Source of the DNA: Isurus oxyrinchus
Lineage: Eukaryota
Length of the DNA: 64,000 bases
Assembly: GCA_026770705.1 (NCBI GenBank)
Contig: JANJGN010001343.1
Span: forward strand, 1-64,000
Direction: 5' to 3'
How positions within the stretch are numbered: the first letter of the stretch is position 1; each line of letters opens with the position of its first letter. A program made the position numbers and the translations under genes. The notes under the pieces are model-generated. The model worked only from the letters and a program-made list of their open reading frames with translations. It was not told where the DNA came from and made no database searches. Below, piece after piece: positions 50,190-62,863 of this stretch.

Positions 50190-52555
50190 ATTTGCATATT
50201 TCTTGACAATTATATAAGTGTATAGATCTGTTGAATATTTGAGTCTCTAAAGCGTAGAGGTAATCTGCTGTTATATCGAGATCTTGTGGTGGCAAAATTG
50301 TCTGGAGGTTTCTTTAATTGCTCACATTGATCTGTGGGATTGTCATTCTTCGATGTTGTCCCTGGTTTCAATTGACATTACACCCTTGATGCAACTGAGG
50401 AGGCTTTAAACTAATATGGCAGGGGATCGGATCCCGAGAGGAGGTTCAACAGAGAGAGATGCACGGCCAAAATTAGAAGAGAGAGCAAATGAAACTGGAA
50501 GGCATAGAAATTATTGGCCATTTAAGGCTCAAGATAGCGTGGCAAAGTTGGATTGTATTAATTTTAATGCAAGGAGTCTGACAGACTTGCATTCTCCTGC
50601 AGGTGTAATGTTGCAGCTCCCTTGAACCTGCCAATATTGTTGAATCTTTCTGCATATTTCAATGTTATGTCATGAACTGAGCTGATGGGATAGTTTCTGA
50701 GACTGGGACAGACATAAATCCATTGGCTTTCGGCCGGACCGGACAATCATGGAAGTGGGTGGGGCCAGAAAATCCCACCCCTATGGGAACATTTTCAGTT
50801 AATTTGATGTGCCCAGAGAGATCAATAAAGACCACAATCCACAATTTATTGGCAAGCCACGTCAGGATATGTGTGAGAGGTGGAATATCGATCACCGCTC
50901 CTAGTCTCGTCGTGTACATCATCGCCATTTCCTGGTTTGTCAGTCACCACATGTATATGTTCCTGATGGGATAGCGGATGGTCATTCTTATTGCTTGAAG
51001 GTTCCCCGTTGTGCAGGGTTTGATTGGATCAGCGCACGGCTCTTTGTAGCTGCATCAGCCTTTGCTCTCGTGCCCTGCCGCTGTCAATGGCCCTTTCTGC
51101 CACAAGCCTTGCAGGATTGGTGGAAAGCTGGGCATTTCCTTAGAGCCTGCAGAAGGCCACACCTTCCACACGACTCACTAGGTTTGGATGTTCTAGTGAG
51201 TGTGTCAACAATTGATGTTGTACTGAGGACCTGTAAGCTTCGTTGACCTGCGAGGATCACTTCATATTTATGTCCATCCTTGAGTAGCTCTTCAATGCTA
51301 TAGGTTTTGGTCTTATCTAGCAGATCTTTCTGGAAGGCTTCCATGGGAGTGGATGCGATCACCAACTCAACAACTCTGTCTGCAGGCTCTGTGTTTGAAA
51401 TCACAGTGCGTACCCTTTTCTCTACATCGGCTGATGAAGTGGTCTATGGGTTGTGTAGGCTGATGAAATGACATAAACTCTAGTTGATGAATATGGAGTT
51501 TCACCTGATTCTGAACCTGTCTTCCAATATCGTCCGTATCTATTGGGGATCCTTTCGCTCTTCTGCTGTTAATCCTGACGTGTTCAGCCTGTGTAGACCT
51601 TCATTCCCAATCGCGAGGTGAATTTTTATGGGTGGCTCGTCTGGTTCAGTCACACCTGAATCAGGAAACCAGAGCTCTGTACGCTGTTTAAACATTCTGA
51701 ATTCAGATAGTCGGTCAGCTACATCCCAGTTCAAACTGGGGAATTTCGTGGACATTCTGACAATATTCCTTTGACCTTCCTTCTCCTACAGGATCTGGGA
51801 TGAGTGTCGCTTTAGCCCCTTTCGTGTGCTTTTCCGAAGCTCCGCCCACAAAGACGGGTTCTGGCAGGAACACACCACGGAGTAATGGAGTCTTTGTTTT
51901 TTATTCAATTTGCTGTTCAGCAATCTCGAAGCCGCCCGTTATAATCACTAACTTCTCTGGGCTGATTTTTATAATGGTTTTTGTGTGTTTGACTCTCCCT
52001 CGCTCACTATCGATCCAGCCCACACCCTGGTCACTCGCCTTCCCTGACTGAGCTAACCCGCTGCTGGTCCTGGCGATACACACTGTCCCACTCACTGACC
52101 TACAGGCCGTGTGCTGTAATCTCACCACGAGGGATCCGTCTGCTCCCCAGCTCTTTACTTGAGCTCTTTCCCGTCACTGTGTCTTCAAAGGTTTCCTGAG
52201 CAGTCAGTACACTGCGATTTCAACCCTGTCTGATGCTGTGTCTCTGTTGTGGTCTGACCAAAGCGTCGAGGGTCGTCTCATGTCATGTAGCTCGATCTCA
52301 GGCTGTTCACCACGTCATACCTGTACTGAATCTTGCTGCCAGAATGTTTGGCCACCACTGATCACCATGTTGTGTTTTTATAATGATATAAAGGCACCAG
52401 CCACTGATATGGAATTGGGTAAATACATTGTGGGTTCAGTTATTTAGAACAGGGACATGAGAACAGATATACAGGATAGAAAGCTGGGAGACACCTGCAG
52501 CCAAACTGTGAGCTGTGTTCTGCTCACAGGCCAAAGTGAAACTTGGACTGGATGG
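50190..52555 (-). mobile_element. Internally deleted Gypsy-like LTR retrotransposon
   Basis: gag FPSLNWD..EFRMFKQRTELWF; CGRCG..CPAF..CKACGRKGH knuckles; LTR/PBS junction acaacatggtg near 52360-52372; integrase-end TRSR..P.RF near 50270. Confidence 0.75.
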
Positions 52556-53800
52556 TGTTACCATCCCAGCTGATGTTACTACTGGGCAAGTCAGATCCCA
52601 GGGTGGAGCTCAGCTTGATAGGTCCTAACTTTTATTTTTTATTTAGGAATGTGGAGTGCGGCTACTGAACAGAGTCACAGGAGTCATCTGATGAACGTCT
52701 AACAAAAGAATAAAACATTTATTAAACTAGGAAAGACAAACTATATGACATTACTCCTTCACCCAGACCTATACCTTTACAGATACATAAGTAGAACACA
52801 AATTACGATAACTATCTTATATTCTCATGTTCACACTAAGTACACAGTCCGTGTAAATCAATAGACGACCTGTGGTCAGGGACACAACATTCTGAAAGCA
52901 AGTGGCAGAGCCCACTTGAAACAAATTCTATGTCTCATCAGACCCCAGACGCTTGTTACACTGTGAGCCAACCAGTCTCACTGAACTGAGATATCCATAT
53001 GAGGATTTCCAATCTCCACTCTCCAAGAACTCGCTTTGGAATCTTCTCCAACATGACACTTTCACTCAGACACCTTCCACAAGGGTCCACTTTCACTATT
53101 TCAAACTCTCCTTCCCATGTTCCTGCCCCCTGGATCGCCACGTGCATTCAGCCTTCCTTCCACGCCCTGTCTCTCCAATGCTCAGCCGTGTCAATGGAAC
53201 ACCATGGCTTCACATGGCCGTAGTAATGAGTCACCAACCTGTGGTGTCTCCTAGGATCTTCTGGCTTCTCACAAGCCTATTTTGCTTTAGGCCTGTGTCC
53301 TGCTGCTTTCTCCCTTTATGCTTGAAGCCTTCTTCTGCTCCTCACTCTTAACTTCACTTAACAGGGCCTTTTCCAGATTTGACTAGAACGTCTTCTTGGG
53401 CCCTTTCTCCTGTCAAACTCTATAGTTTTGGCTTCTTCTTTACTTTGGGACTGACTATCTGTCCCGCTCCTTTGCTGCTTCTCCTGGCAACTCCTTTCAA
53501 CAGAACTGAAAGTATTTTTCTGTTTTTCTCTGTCTCTGTGGGTCTTTCCCTCTGGATCACTGTTGCTAGGCAACAGCACAGTTTCTTACACCTTGTATTT
53601 GTTTTGACTTCCCTTCAACAGTCATAAAACCTCAATGGAATGCTGGCTTCTTTTTAACTCAAGTTCCCCCTTTTCTCAACACCCAAATACAGAAATACAA
53701 ACTAAACTTGAACTTAAAGATAGATCTTTTGCCTAACACACACAAATACACATAGAACTTACTTAAGCGAACACCAGTTCCTAAAAATAACATGACACAC
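52556..53800 (-). mobile_element. Probable solo LTR nested in the preceding element
   Basis: TGT..ACA-like ends, non-coding, poly(A)-signal-like motifs; no TSD recognised. Confidence 0.4.
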
Positions 53801-54472
53801 TTCCCCTCGAGTGATGTCATGCTGCTGTCCCTGAAAGGCATATTACAACAGTGTTATCACTTGGCAGGTGATGTGTGCCAGGCAGACCAAGTCCATGAGA
53901 GAAACCTGGTCACACTATCATAATGATTTTGCAATTTGTATTTATTATGAGATGTGTGCACTTAATCCAGAAGCAATAACTCCACCAATACCTTTAGAGA
54001 TTTAAAACAATAAATTAACATATTTGTCATCAAAATAAAGGATTTCAAGCACATACGTAACTACAAGACTGCTATCATAACTCCTAAAATTCCTAATTAA
54101 CCTGACTCCCAGTTACAGTCCCTTAAAGGCAACAGACCAAAAATAGATGTTAGATTTAAAACAAAATCAGCAAGTTAACCCAATGCCCCGGACAGTGGAA
54201 TTCCAAATGCATTGTCCCCAACTTCAGTTCTGTTGGAGAGCAGGCTTGTGCACAAACAGGGTCCTGAGGACCATGAACCAATGTAGAATGGACTTTTCCG
54301 CTTTTGTGTCCAGGATTCTCTTCCATCTGGTGTGATACCTTGTGGAGTTCATTGTGTGTCCTGTAGATGGTCCACACTGCAGCCACTGTGCCCCAGTGAT
54401 GGAGGGGGTGGATATCGAGTCTAGTGGATCAACAAAACATCCAGAGTTAAATATTGATATTTCTCTCCCCAG

Positions 54473-54693
54473 TTGGATTGTCACAAGAGTGGAAAGGTGA
54501 TACTCCACGAGAGGTGACAGCGCAGGAAGGTTTGTGTGTACAGATTCCATGTCATTACAGTTATCCATCAGATTTGGTAAAGAAACCACATGTCGGAATC
54601 TGGAAAATGAGAAGGTACATATGGAACAAATGGTCTAAATGGTCTATAGCCTTTCACTCCAAGGGTCACAGTCACGAGTTACCACGGTGTTAA
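54473..54693 (+). pseudogene. Extra truncated Siglec V exon (D') in gene D intron
   Basis: Intact acceptor ctccccag. VGLSQEWKG..CVQIPCHY..SHELPR, then homology is lost at ~54688 and TAA follows. Confidence 0.88.
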
Positions 54694-54849
54694 CCAGCGT
54701 CACTATTTTTAATGATTTGTCTATTTCTGCTCCCAGATCCATGAGCTTATTGTGTGTGATTGAATCCACATCATAGCTGTAATGTAAACCGAGCTGAGGG
54801 GTAATGACACCTCCCCCCTGAGTGAAGCATTTCCTCCCCACTACACCTT

Positions 54850-56410
54850 TCACCCCTCACACTGTCCGTGTAAACCCCCGTCCCATCTCCAGCCTCTCGT
54901 TCCCCTCCAAAGTCCTTGAACGTGTTTCCATCTCCCGAATCCGTTCCCATCTTTCCCGGAACTCCATGTTTGAATCCCTCCAATCAGGTTCCCACCCCAG
55001 CCACTGTGCTGAAACAGCTCTTATCAAGGTCACAAATGGCATCCTGTGTGACTGTGACAAAGGTCAACTTTCCCTCCTCCTCCTTCTCGATCTGTCTGCA
55101 GCCTTTGACACGCTCGACCACACCATCCTCCTCCAACACCTCTCCACTGTCGTCCAGCTGGGTGGGACTGCTCTCCCCTGGCTCCATTCTTATCCATCTC
55201 ATCGTAGCCAGAGAATCACTTGCAATGGCTTTGCAGCATCATCTGAACAGTGTTAGTTTTCACCTGTCCACTGAGGATCCCCAGCTCTACCTCACCACCA
55301 CCTCTCTCGACTCCTCCACTGCTGCTAAATTATCAGGCTGCTTATCCGACATCCAGTACTGGATGGGCAGAAATTCCCTCCAATTAAATATTGGAAAGAC
55401 TGAAGCCATTGTCTTCATTCCCCGCTCCAAACTCTGTTCCCTCGCTACCAACTCCATTCCTCTCCCTGGCAGCTCTCTGAGATTGAAGCCAATCTGTTCA
55501 CAGCTTTGTTGTCCCATTTGATCCTGAGATGAGCTTCCGGCCTCATATCTGCGCCCTCACTAACACCGTCTATTTCCACCTCCGTAACATCGCACGACAT
55601 CACCCTGTCTCAGCTCATCCGCTGCTGAAACCCTCATCCACACCTTCATTACCTCCAGACTCGACTGTTCCAACACACGGTCTACACTCCATAAACTTGA
55701 GGCCATCCAGAACTGCTGACCACGTCCTTATTCACACCAAGTCCCGTTCCCTTATCACCCGCTCTGCTCGATGACCGAGACTGGCTCCTGGTCAAGCAAA
55801 GTCTCAATGTCCAAATTTTCATCTTTGTTTCCTCATTATCCCTGTAATCTCCTCGTCCTCCTCCAGTATCTGCAACCCTCCCATTCTCTTTAACCTCTTC
55901 AAGTCTCTACCACTTCCCTATATCTGTAAATTCATCCTGCCAAAACAAACCTACCAATCTCTGCAACCTCCTCCAGCCACTACAACCCTCCCTATTTCTG
56001 TAACTTCCTCCTGCCCCTAAAAGCTTCCGTATCTCTGTAGCCTGCTCCAGTCCCGACAACTTTCCCTGCCCCTGTAACCTGCCCCAGTCACTACAACTCT
56101 CCCTACCTCTGCAAACTCCTCCAGACCCTACACTCTCCCAATCTCTCTTAACTTTTCCAGCCGCTACAACCCTCGCTATCTCTGTAACTCCTCCAATCAC
56201 TACAACCCTCACTGTCTCTGTAATCTCCTCCAGACCCTACACTCTCCCAATCTCTCTTAACTTTTTCAGACCGTACAACACTTCCTATCTCTGTAACCTC
56301 CTCCAGTCACTCCAACCCTCTGAGGTCTCTGCGCTCCTCCAATTCCAGCCTCTTGACCATCCCCCGATCCCATCACTCCAACATCGGCAGTTGTGCCTTC
56401 AGCCTTGAGT
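54850..56410 (+). mobile_element. L2 LINE RT fragment with its 3' 37-bp segment tandemly expanded
   Basis: RPISSLSFPSKVLER..QSG..ETALIKVTN..LLDLSAAFDTLDH; LQLNIGKTE; degenerate 37-bp units at 55860-56320. Confidence 0.9.
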
Positions 56411-56934
56411 CTTATTTTTGAGGGAATGTACAACATCCTTAGATTTCTGACCAAAATGTCATTTGATTATTTTTATTGAGCGAATGCCAAGCCCCGATAC
56501 CGAGCGAGAGCCTCCTCATTTGCTGAGTTTAAGGTGATGAGTCAGCCCCTTAGCCCGTAGAGGGGATTCTCCTCGGTAATGTGCAGCCTTGTTTGTGTCT
56601 CTCCACAAGCGCATGAGGGGTTTGTACAGAGGCTGCAGCACTGGAGGGGGTCTGCACAGGGGTCCTGGCCTGTCCTGAGCCGGTTTTAGCAAGGACCACT
56701 CTGGCCATGGCAGCTGAAAGCCAGCCATTGGACAGATGGGGCCTGTCACAAGGAGCCTGTTAGTCACTCCCCACCGTGTCTCCTGTGCTCGGATCCAGAC
56801 CATGTTGGCTGGTGGATCTGGCTCAGGAAGGGTCCTCCCCATGGGACCCCCAGATGGAAGGTGGGCCGAGCGGGTCAGTCACTTCCATGTTTATTCTGCA
56901 GCTTTAATATTTTAAGAAGGTAAGAATGTAGGAA

Positions 56935-57660
56935 CATAAGATATAGGGACAGGAGCAGGCCATTCGGCCCCTCGAGCCTGCTCTCACTGATCTGGTGGTG
57001 TCCTTAACTCCATTTTCCTGCCTGTCCCCCAAACCCTTGACTCCCTTCTCGATCAAAAACCTGCCTCACTCAGCCTTGAGTCTATTCAATGGCCCAGCCT
57101 CCAATGCTCTCTGGGGAAGAGAATTCCACAGGCTAGCGCCCCTCTGAGAGAGGAAATTCCTCCTCATCTCAGTCTTAAATGGGAGAGTCCTCATTCCGAA
57201 ACTGTGCTCCCTGGTTCTAGATTCCCCCACGAGGGGGAAACATCCTCCCAGCATCCACCCTGTCAAGCCCCCTCGGAATCGGATATGTTTCAATAAGGTC
57301 ACCCCTCATTCTTCTAAACTCCAATGGATACAGGCCCAACCTGCTCAACATTTCCTCACAGGACAAACCCTTTAATCCCAGGAATCAGCCCAGTGAAGCT
57401 TCTCTGAACTGCCTGTACACAATGATCCTGTTACAATCTCACTAACGCCCTGTGCAGCTGTTGCAAGACTTCCCTCCTTTTATACTCCATCCCTTTGCAA
57501 TAAAGGCCAACATTCCACTTGCCTTCCTCATTCCGTGGTGTTCCTGAATGCTGACTTTCTGTGATTCATGTACAAGGACACCCAGATCCCTCTGTACTGC
57601 ATTCTGCAGCCTCTCTCCATTTAAATAATATTCTGTTTTTCTATTCATCCTGCCAAAATA
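56935..57660 (-). mobile_element. CR1 LINE 3' fragment
   Basis: YYLNGERLQ..QRDLGVLVHESQK; FKTEMRRNFLSQR..WNSLP. Confidence 0.88.
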
Positions 57661-57777
57661 ATTTGTTGCCATTCTCCTCAGTATTAACCATCCTCTAAAT
57701 TCTGTCTCATCTGTAAATATCGGGTTCAGTGGATCCACAAAACATCCAGAGATAAATATTGAGATTTCTCTCCACAG

Positions 57778-58143
57778 TTGGACTGTCACAAGAGTGGAAA
57801 GGTGACACTCCACGAGAGGTGACAGCGCAGGAAGATTCCTGTGTACAGATTCCATGTCATTACAGTTATCCATCGTGTCTGGAAAACCAACCACGAGTTG
57901 GAGTCTGGTTTAATAATGAGGAACGGAGAACATTGTCTATAGCCTTTCACTCCAAGGATCACAGTCACGAGTTACCACAGTTCCACCATCGGACCCGGCT
58001 GTCTGGAGACCTGAAAGATGGCGACTGTTCTCTGATTATAAACAACATCAGACGGGAAGATGCAGGACCTTATTTTTTCAGAATAGAATTTGACAATGCT
58101 CCGAGCCATAACGTTTCCCCTGTAACCCAGCTTCACGTTTCTG
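57778..58143 (+). CDS. Siglec-like gene D: V-set exon with essential Arg
   Basis: 366 nt, phase 1-1, open. CVQIPC, GDCSL, DAGPYFFRIE. Confidence 0.94.
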
Positions 58144-58881
58144 GTAAGTGCTGTGTTATAATTACTCAACAATTCACATTCAACTCTCAATGGGAAATAA
58201 CACAAACTGTGACGTTTACACATTAACACAAAACACAGCTTATTATAACACACTGTCTGATTCTCGATATCCTGGTGATAGCTTCCAGTTCAGTCCTAAA
58301 GCAACCTCTAATACTCACTTTAATATCAATGATTAAATATATTGACTGTGTCCATCAATGTTATCAGGTTATCCACTCCCATCGATCTCTCTAATCCTAA
58401 TCTCTAATGTCTCGAAGCCTGACATATCGACAGAAGAAAGATTCACATTTCTATAGCACCTTTCACCACCTCAGAACGTACCAAATCACTTCACAGCCAA
58501 TGAGCTGATTCCTGAATTGTAGTTACTGTTGTAATGTGAGAAACACAGCAGCCAATTTGCGCACAGCAAGCTCCCTCAAATTGCAAAGTAATAAATGGCC
58601 CAGATCGCTGAGTGAATGATGGGGTAGTGCACTCCAAACTCTGGTCTGCTCCTTCACCCTCACCCACTATTATCAGTTCAAGTGTCTCGGAGTGAACGTG
58701 TGTTAAGCTGAGAGACAGAAACATCAAAGTGTCAAAGCAGGAAATGCTCTCCTGATCATTGTAACCTCTCAGTTCTGATATCATCCTTGTAAAAGTGCTT
58801 TCTCTTGTGGGACTGTGGTTTCTATTTGAACTGATGCTTCACGTTATATTTCTCTAAAAGGATCCATTCTCTGTGTGTTAG

Positions 58882-59178
58882 ATTTCACAGATAAACCCAC
58901 GATATTCCCTGCTGAAATTATTGCAGGAAAGCGTGTGGATGTAAGCTGCACCTTCAACACAACGTGCAATGGAACAGCAGCACCTGTCTTAACCTGGGAC
59001 ACTCCCACTGACGTACCTGGATCAGTCTCAAACACTGTAACTCAGCATGGTGTCACTCTGACCTATACTTCTGTTCTGACCCTGATCCCATCACTCAAAC
59101 ACCACGGACACACTCTCAGCTGCAGAGTGAGATATCCATCTGTTTCATCGGAGCGGACCCTCGTACTAACTGTGCAAG
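58882..59178 (+). CDS. Gene D first C2 exon
   Basis: 297 nt, phase 1-1, open. Confidence 0.93.
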
Positions 59179-59922
59179 GTAAGAACGGACACCCTTCCAT
59201 CTACATTAGCTAGAAAGCTCTACATAGTACACTGCAAGATCCCACAACTGCATTGTGTTTAGCAACAAATCAATAGTCTTTAACTGATACAAATTCGCCT
59301 CTGACACTGCAGCAGTCCCTAAATACTGAATCTCCAACACTGCAGCACTCCCTCAGTTCTGAACCTTCGATAGTGCAGCACTCCCTCAGTACTGACTCTT
59401 CAACAGTGCAGTGCTCCCTCAGTACTGGCCCTCCCACACTGCAGCACCCCCCGAGTTCTGACCCTCCAACAGTGCAGCACCCCCTCTGGACTGACCATCA
59501 GACAGTGCAGCTGTCCCTATGTACTGAACCTCTGACAGTACAGCACTCCCTCAGTACTGACTCTCTGACAGTGCAGCACTCCCTCAGTACTTACCCACCA
59601 ACAGTACAGCACTCCCTCAGTAATGACCCTCTGACAGTGCCGCACTCCCTCAGCACTGAACCTCTGACGGTGCAGTGCTCCCTCAGTACTGACTCTCTGA
59701 CAGTGCAGCACTCCCTCAGTACTGACTCTCTGACAGTGCAACACTCCCTCAGTACTGACCCTCTGACAGTGCAGCACTCCCTCAGTACTGAACTGAAGTC
59801 TCTGCCTGGATTACGGGCTTTGTGAAAATGAACCTACATTGAGATCATATCTTTCACATTCTAAGTGTCTTTCAAAGTGCTTCACAGTCAGTGTAACTTA
59901 ATTGATGTTTATTTGTTTATAG

Positions 59923-60204
59923 ATGCACCACAGAATCTCTCAATTACTTCTCTTGATATGATTAACGCTTCATCGATCAATATAATTGAGGGGAATTCTG
60001 CAGTGATAATCTGCTCTGTCGAGAGCTTCCCAGCTTCTAACCTGACGTGGCGACATCTTAATGTCCCAATGAACAGAACAAGTTCCAACAATGAGCTGTG
60101 GTTGGTGATTCCTCACGTTACATCCAGGGACACTGGAGACTATCAGTGTGTGGCAGAGAATGAACATGGAGCAGTGGAGGGATTCATAAACATCACTGTG
60201 GAAC
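59923..60204 (+). CDS. Gene D second C2/I-set exon
   Basis: 282 nt, phase 1-1, open. DTGDYQCVAENEHG. Confidence 0.93.
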
Positions 60205-60229
60205 GTGAGTTACACAGAATTGAACGTTC

Positions 60230-61270
60230 TCTTATTATTAGCTCATGGGATGTGAGTATTGTTGACAAGGCCAGAAATTATTGCCCATCTGTAACTGCCC
60301 CTTGAGAAGGTGGTGGTGAGCTGCCTTCTTTAACCACTGCAGTCCATGTGGTGTAGGTACACCCACAGTGCTGTTAGGGAGGGAGTTCCAGGATTTTGAC
60401 CCAGAGACGGTGAAGGAACGGCCGATATAGTTCCAAGTCCCAGGGCAGACCACCACCTCAAGTTCGCCTCCAAGTCACACACCTCACTGACTTGGAACTG
60501 TCTTGGTGGAAGAGGTTAAGGGTTTGGAAGGTGCTGTCGAAGGAGCCTTGGTGAGTTGCTGCAGCGCATCTTGTACATGGTGCACACTGCTGCCATTGTG
60601 TGCCAGTGGTGGAGGGTATGAATGTTTATGCTGGTGGCTGGGCTGTCGATCAAACAAGCTGCTCCTGGATGGTGTCGAGCTTCTTGAGTGTTGTTGGAGC
60701 TGCACTCATCCAGCCAAGTGGAGATTATTCCATCACACTCCTGACTTGTGCCTTGTCCGATGGTGGACAGGCTTTGGGGGGTCAGGAGTTGAATTACTCA
60801 CTGCAGAGTTCCCAGCCTCTTACCCGCTCTTGTAGCCACATTATTTCCTGTTGCTGGGTTGTTGCCAGGGCCAATAGCCTTTGCTGTATCCAGTATCATC
60901 AGCTGATTCCTGATGTCACGTGGAGTCAATCGAATTGTCTGAAAGCTGACATCTGTGATGCTGGGACCCTCTGGAAGAGGCCGAGATGGATCATCCACTC
61001 AGCACTTCTGGCTGAACATGGTTGCCAATGCTTCAGCCTTGTCGTTTGCACTGATGTGCTGAGCTCCCCCATCATTAAGGATGGGGATATTTGTGGAACA
61101 TCCTCCTCCTGTTAGATCCTTATTGTCCATCACCATTCATGACTGGATGTGGCAGGACTGCAGAGCTTAGATCTGACCCGTTGGTTGTGGGATCGCTTTG
61201 CTCTGTCTATAGCATGTTGTTTCCGCTGTTTGGTGTGTATGTAGTCCTGTGTGTCACCTCAGCAGCTTGG
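60230..61270 (-). mobile_element. Fragmented LINE (CR1/L2 group)
   Basis: WNSLPNSTVGVPTPHGLQ..KKAAHHHLLKG 3' end; IRLTPRDI..LDTAKAIGP. Confidence 0.8.
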
Positions 61271-61468
61271 CACCTCTGTTATATGTGAATCCTCCTTATA
61301 GAAACCTGCATGTACATGGATATTATCAATAAATATTACATAGATAAATGTTATTTGTATAGACCTTTCATGCATAGACAATATCACTTCACAAGTTCAG
61401 AATTACTACATGTACATAGGGAACCATTCTCAAACTGTACCGGAGTCATTCATTGGCTGATTTTACAG

Positions 61469-61565
61469 GGCGAGATTCCAATGAATGGAAAGCAGGATTG
61501 CTTGGAGCTGGAATCTGTTTGAGTGTTGGACTGAGTGGATTCTTCATCTTCAAGTGTGTGAGAAA
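61469..61565 (+). CDS. Gene D TM exon, uncharged core, spliced onward
   Basis: Acceptor attttacag, phase 1. (R)RDSNEWKAGLLGAGICLSVGLSGFFIFKCVR, then the canonical aa|gtaagt donor (phase 2). Confidence 0.78.
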
Positions 61566-62214
61566 GTAAGTGTGAAGGTTTAATTGGTTGTTTTTGAAAA
61601 TGTTTTCTTCAAACTTCTCTCCTTATAGAAAGAACTTGCATTTCTATAGCACCTTTTACAATCCAAAACCCTTCGCAGTCCCTGAAGAGTTTTGATGTTC
61701 ACCTAGAGTTTAACATCTCATCCAACACTCACTGTTTCACAACTCAGTCCTGTAACTGGCAGTGTTGACCCGGACCATAAAATAGCTTCTGACCTCCTGA
61801 GTTTGTGAATGCTGCTATACAAATAAAAACCTTTCTTTTGTTAGTGAATGCAATCTCTTTCCATTTTCCATGATTCATTCACTCTCTTATCGCCACTAAT
61901 GCACGCCTTCTCATTCTCTCTCTCATTCACTCTCTCTCCTATCTCCACTAATGCTCTCCTTCTCATTCTCTCTCTCGTCCTCTTACACGTTGTTCAGTAT
62001 CTCACATTTTTAAGGAGTGCTGAGCAACATCTGCTCCTTCAGAAGATCCACCTCAACACCTGGAGTGAGCAGTGAAATGAAACTCGCTCAACGACTGCTC
62101 AGCTTTACACAGGAATCACGTCATAGAGTCAGGACACAAAGGGTTAACTGTTTGCTTACAACACAACACTAAGGCCCTACATTTCAATGAAAGTGTTTTC
62201 ATAATTGTTCCCCA

Positions 62215-62516
62215 ATTCCTCATTTGACTCACAGTGACACATCCACCCTTTCTCATTAAATACACAGAGGGAGCAGCACAGGAAGAGGTCATTCAGCCCA
62301 AGCAGAGCGTGTGGGCAGTTCCTCCCCAGGCGAGCAGTCGGACAGGTCCTGGGTAAGTAACGGAACGATTGGAATTCACTTCCACCACCAACACCGTCCT
62401 TTGTTGATGTTGTGACTTTATAAAGACAGATTCCAATGATTGATGCCTTTGAAAGATTTCTACTGATTATTGAGATCTGGGTGTGAGGCTCAAGTCTGTT
62501 GTACAGAACATCTTTC
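62215..62516 (+). promoter_or_regulatory. Fourth, truncated copy of the promoter / first-exon module
   Basis: Matches 48561-48865; donor at 62352; breaks off into a CR1 fragment before any leader exon. Confidence 0.7.
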
Positions 62517-62863
62517 TGGTTAAATTGTGCAGACAGGTTACACACAGTCTACGATTATATTCCCTCGGGTCTAGAAGATTAAGGAGGGATCTAACTGAGG
62601 GGTTCAAACTGATTAAACACTCGATAGGGTCGATAGAGAGAAGCTATTCCCTCGGGTGGGGGTGGGTGGTGGGTGTCGGGTGGAGTCCAGAACAAGGGGG
62701 CTGGAACTTCAGATTGGAGCCAGGCCGTTCAGGGGTGATGTCAGGAAGCACTTCTTCACACAAAGGGGAGTGGAAATCTGGAACTCTCTCCCCAATAATC
62801 AAACCCAACACCGAATACACATCATGTTGATTGTCACTCTGTCCATTTCCATCTCTATTACAG

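Noticed and set aside
60205-60305. Secreted gene D isoform by intron read-through
   Set aside because: The donor is intact, a TM exon exists at 61469, and the read-through sequence is LINE-derived; no evidence beyond an open frame.
57778-61565. Naming the genes MAG, CD22, SIGLEC1 or SIGLEC15
   Set aside because: The three-Ig architecture and the tails do not fit those orthologues; orthology needs a phylogeny, so no symbol is given.
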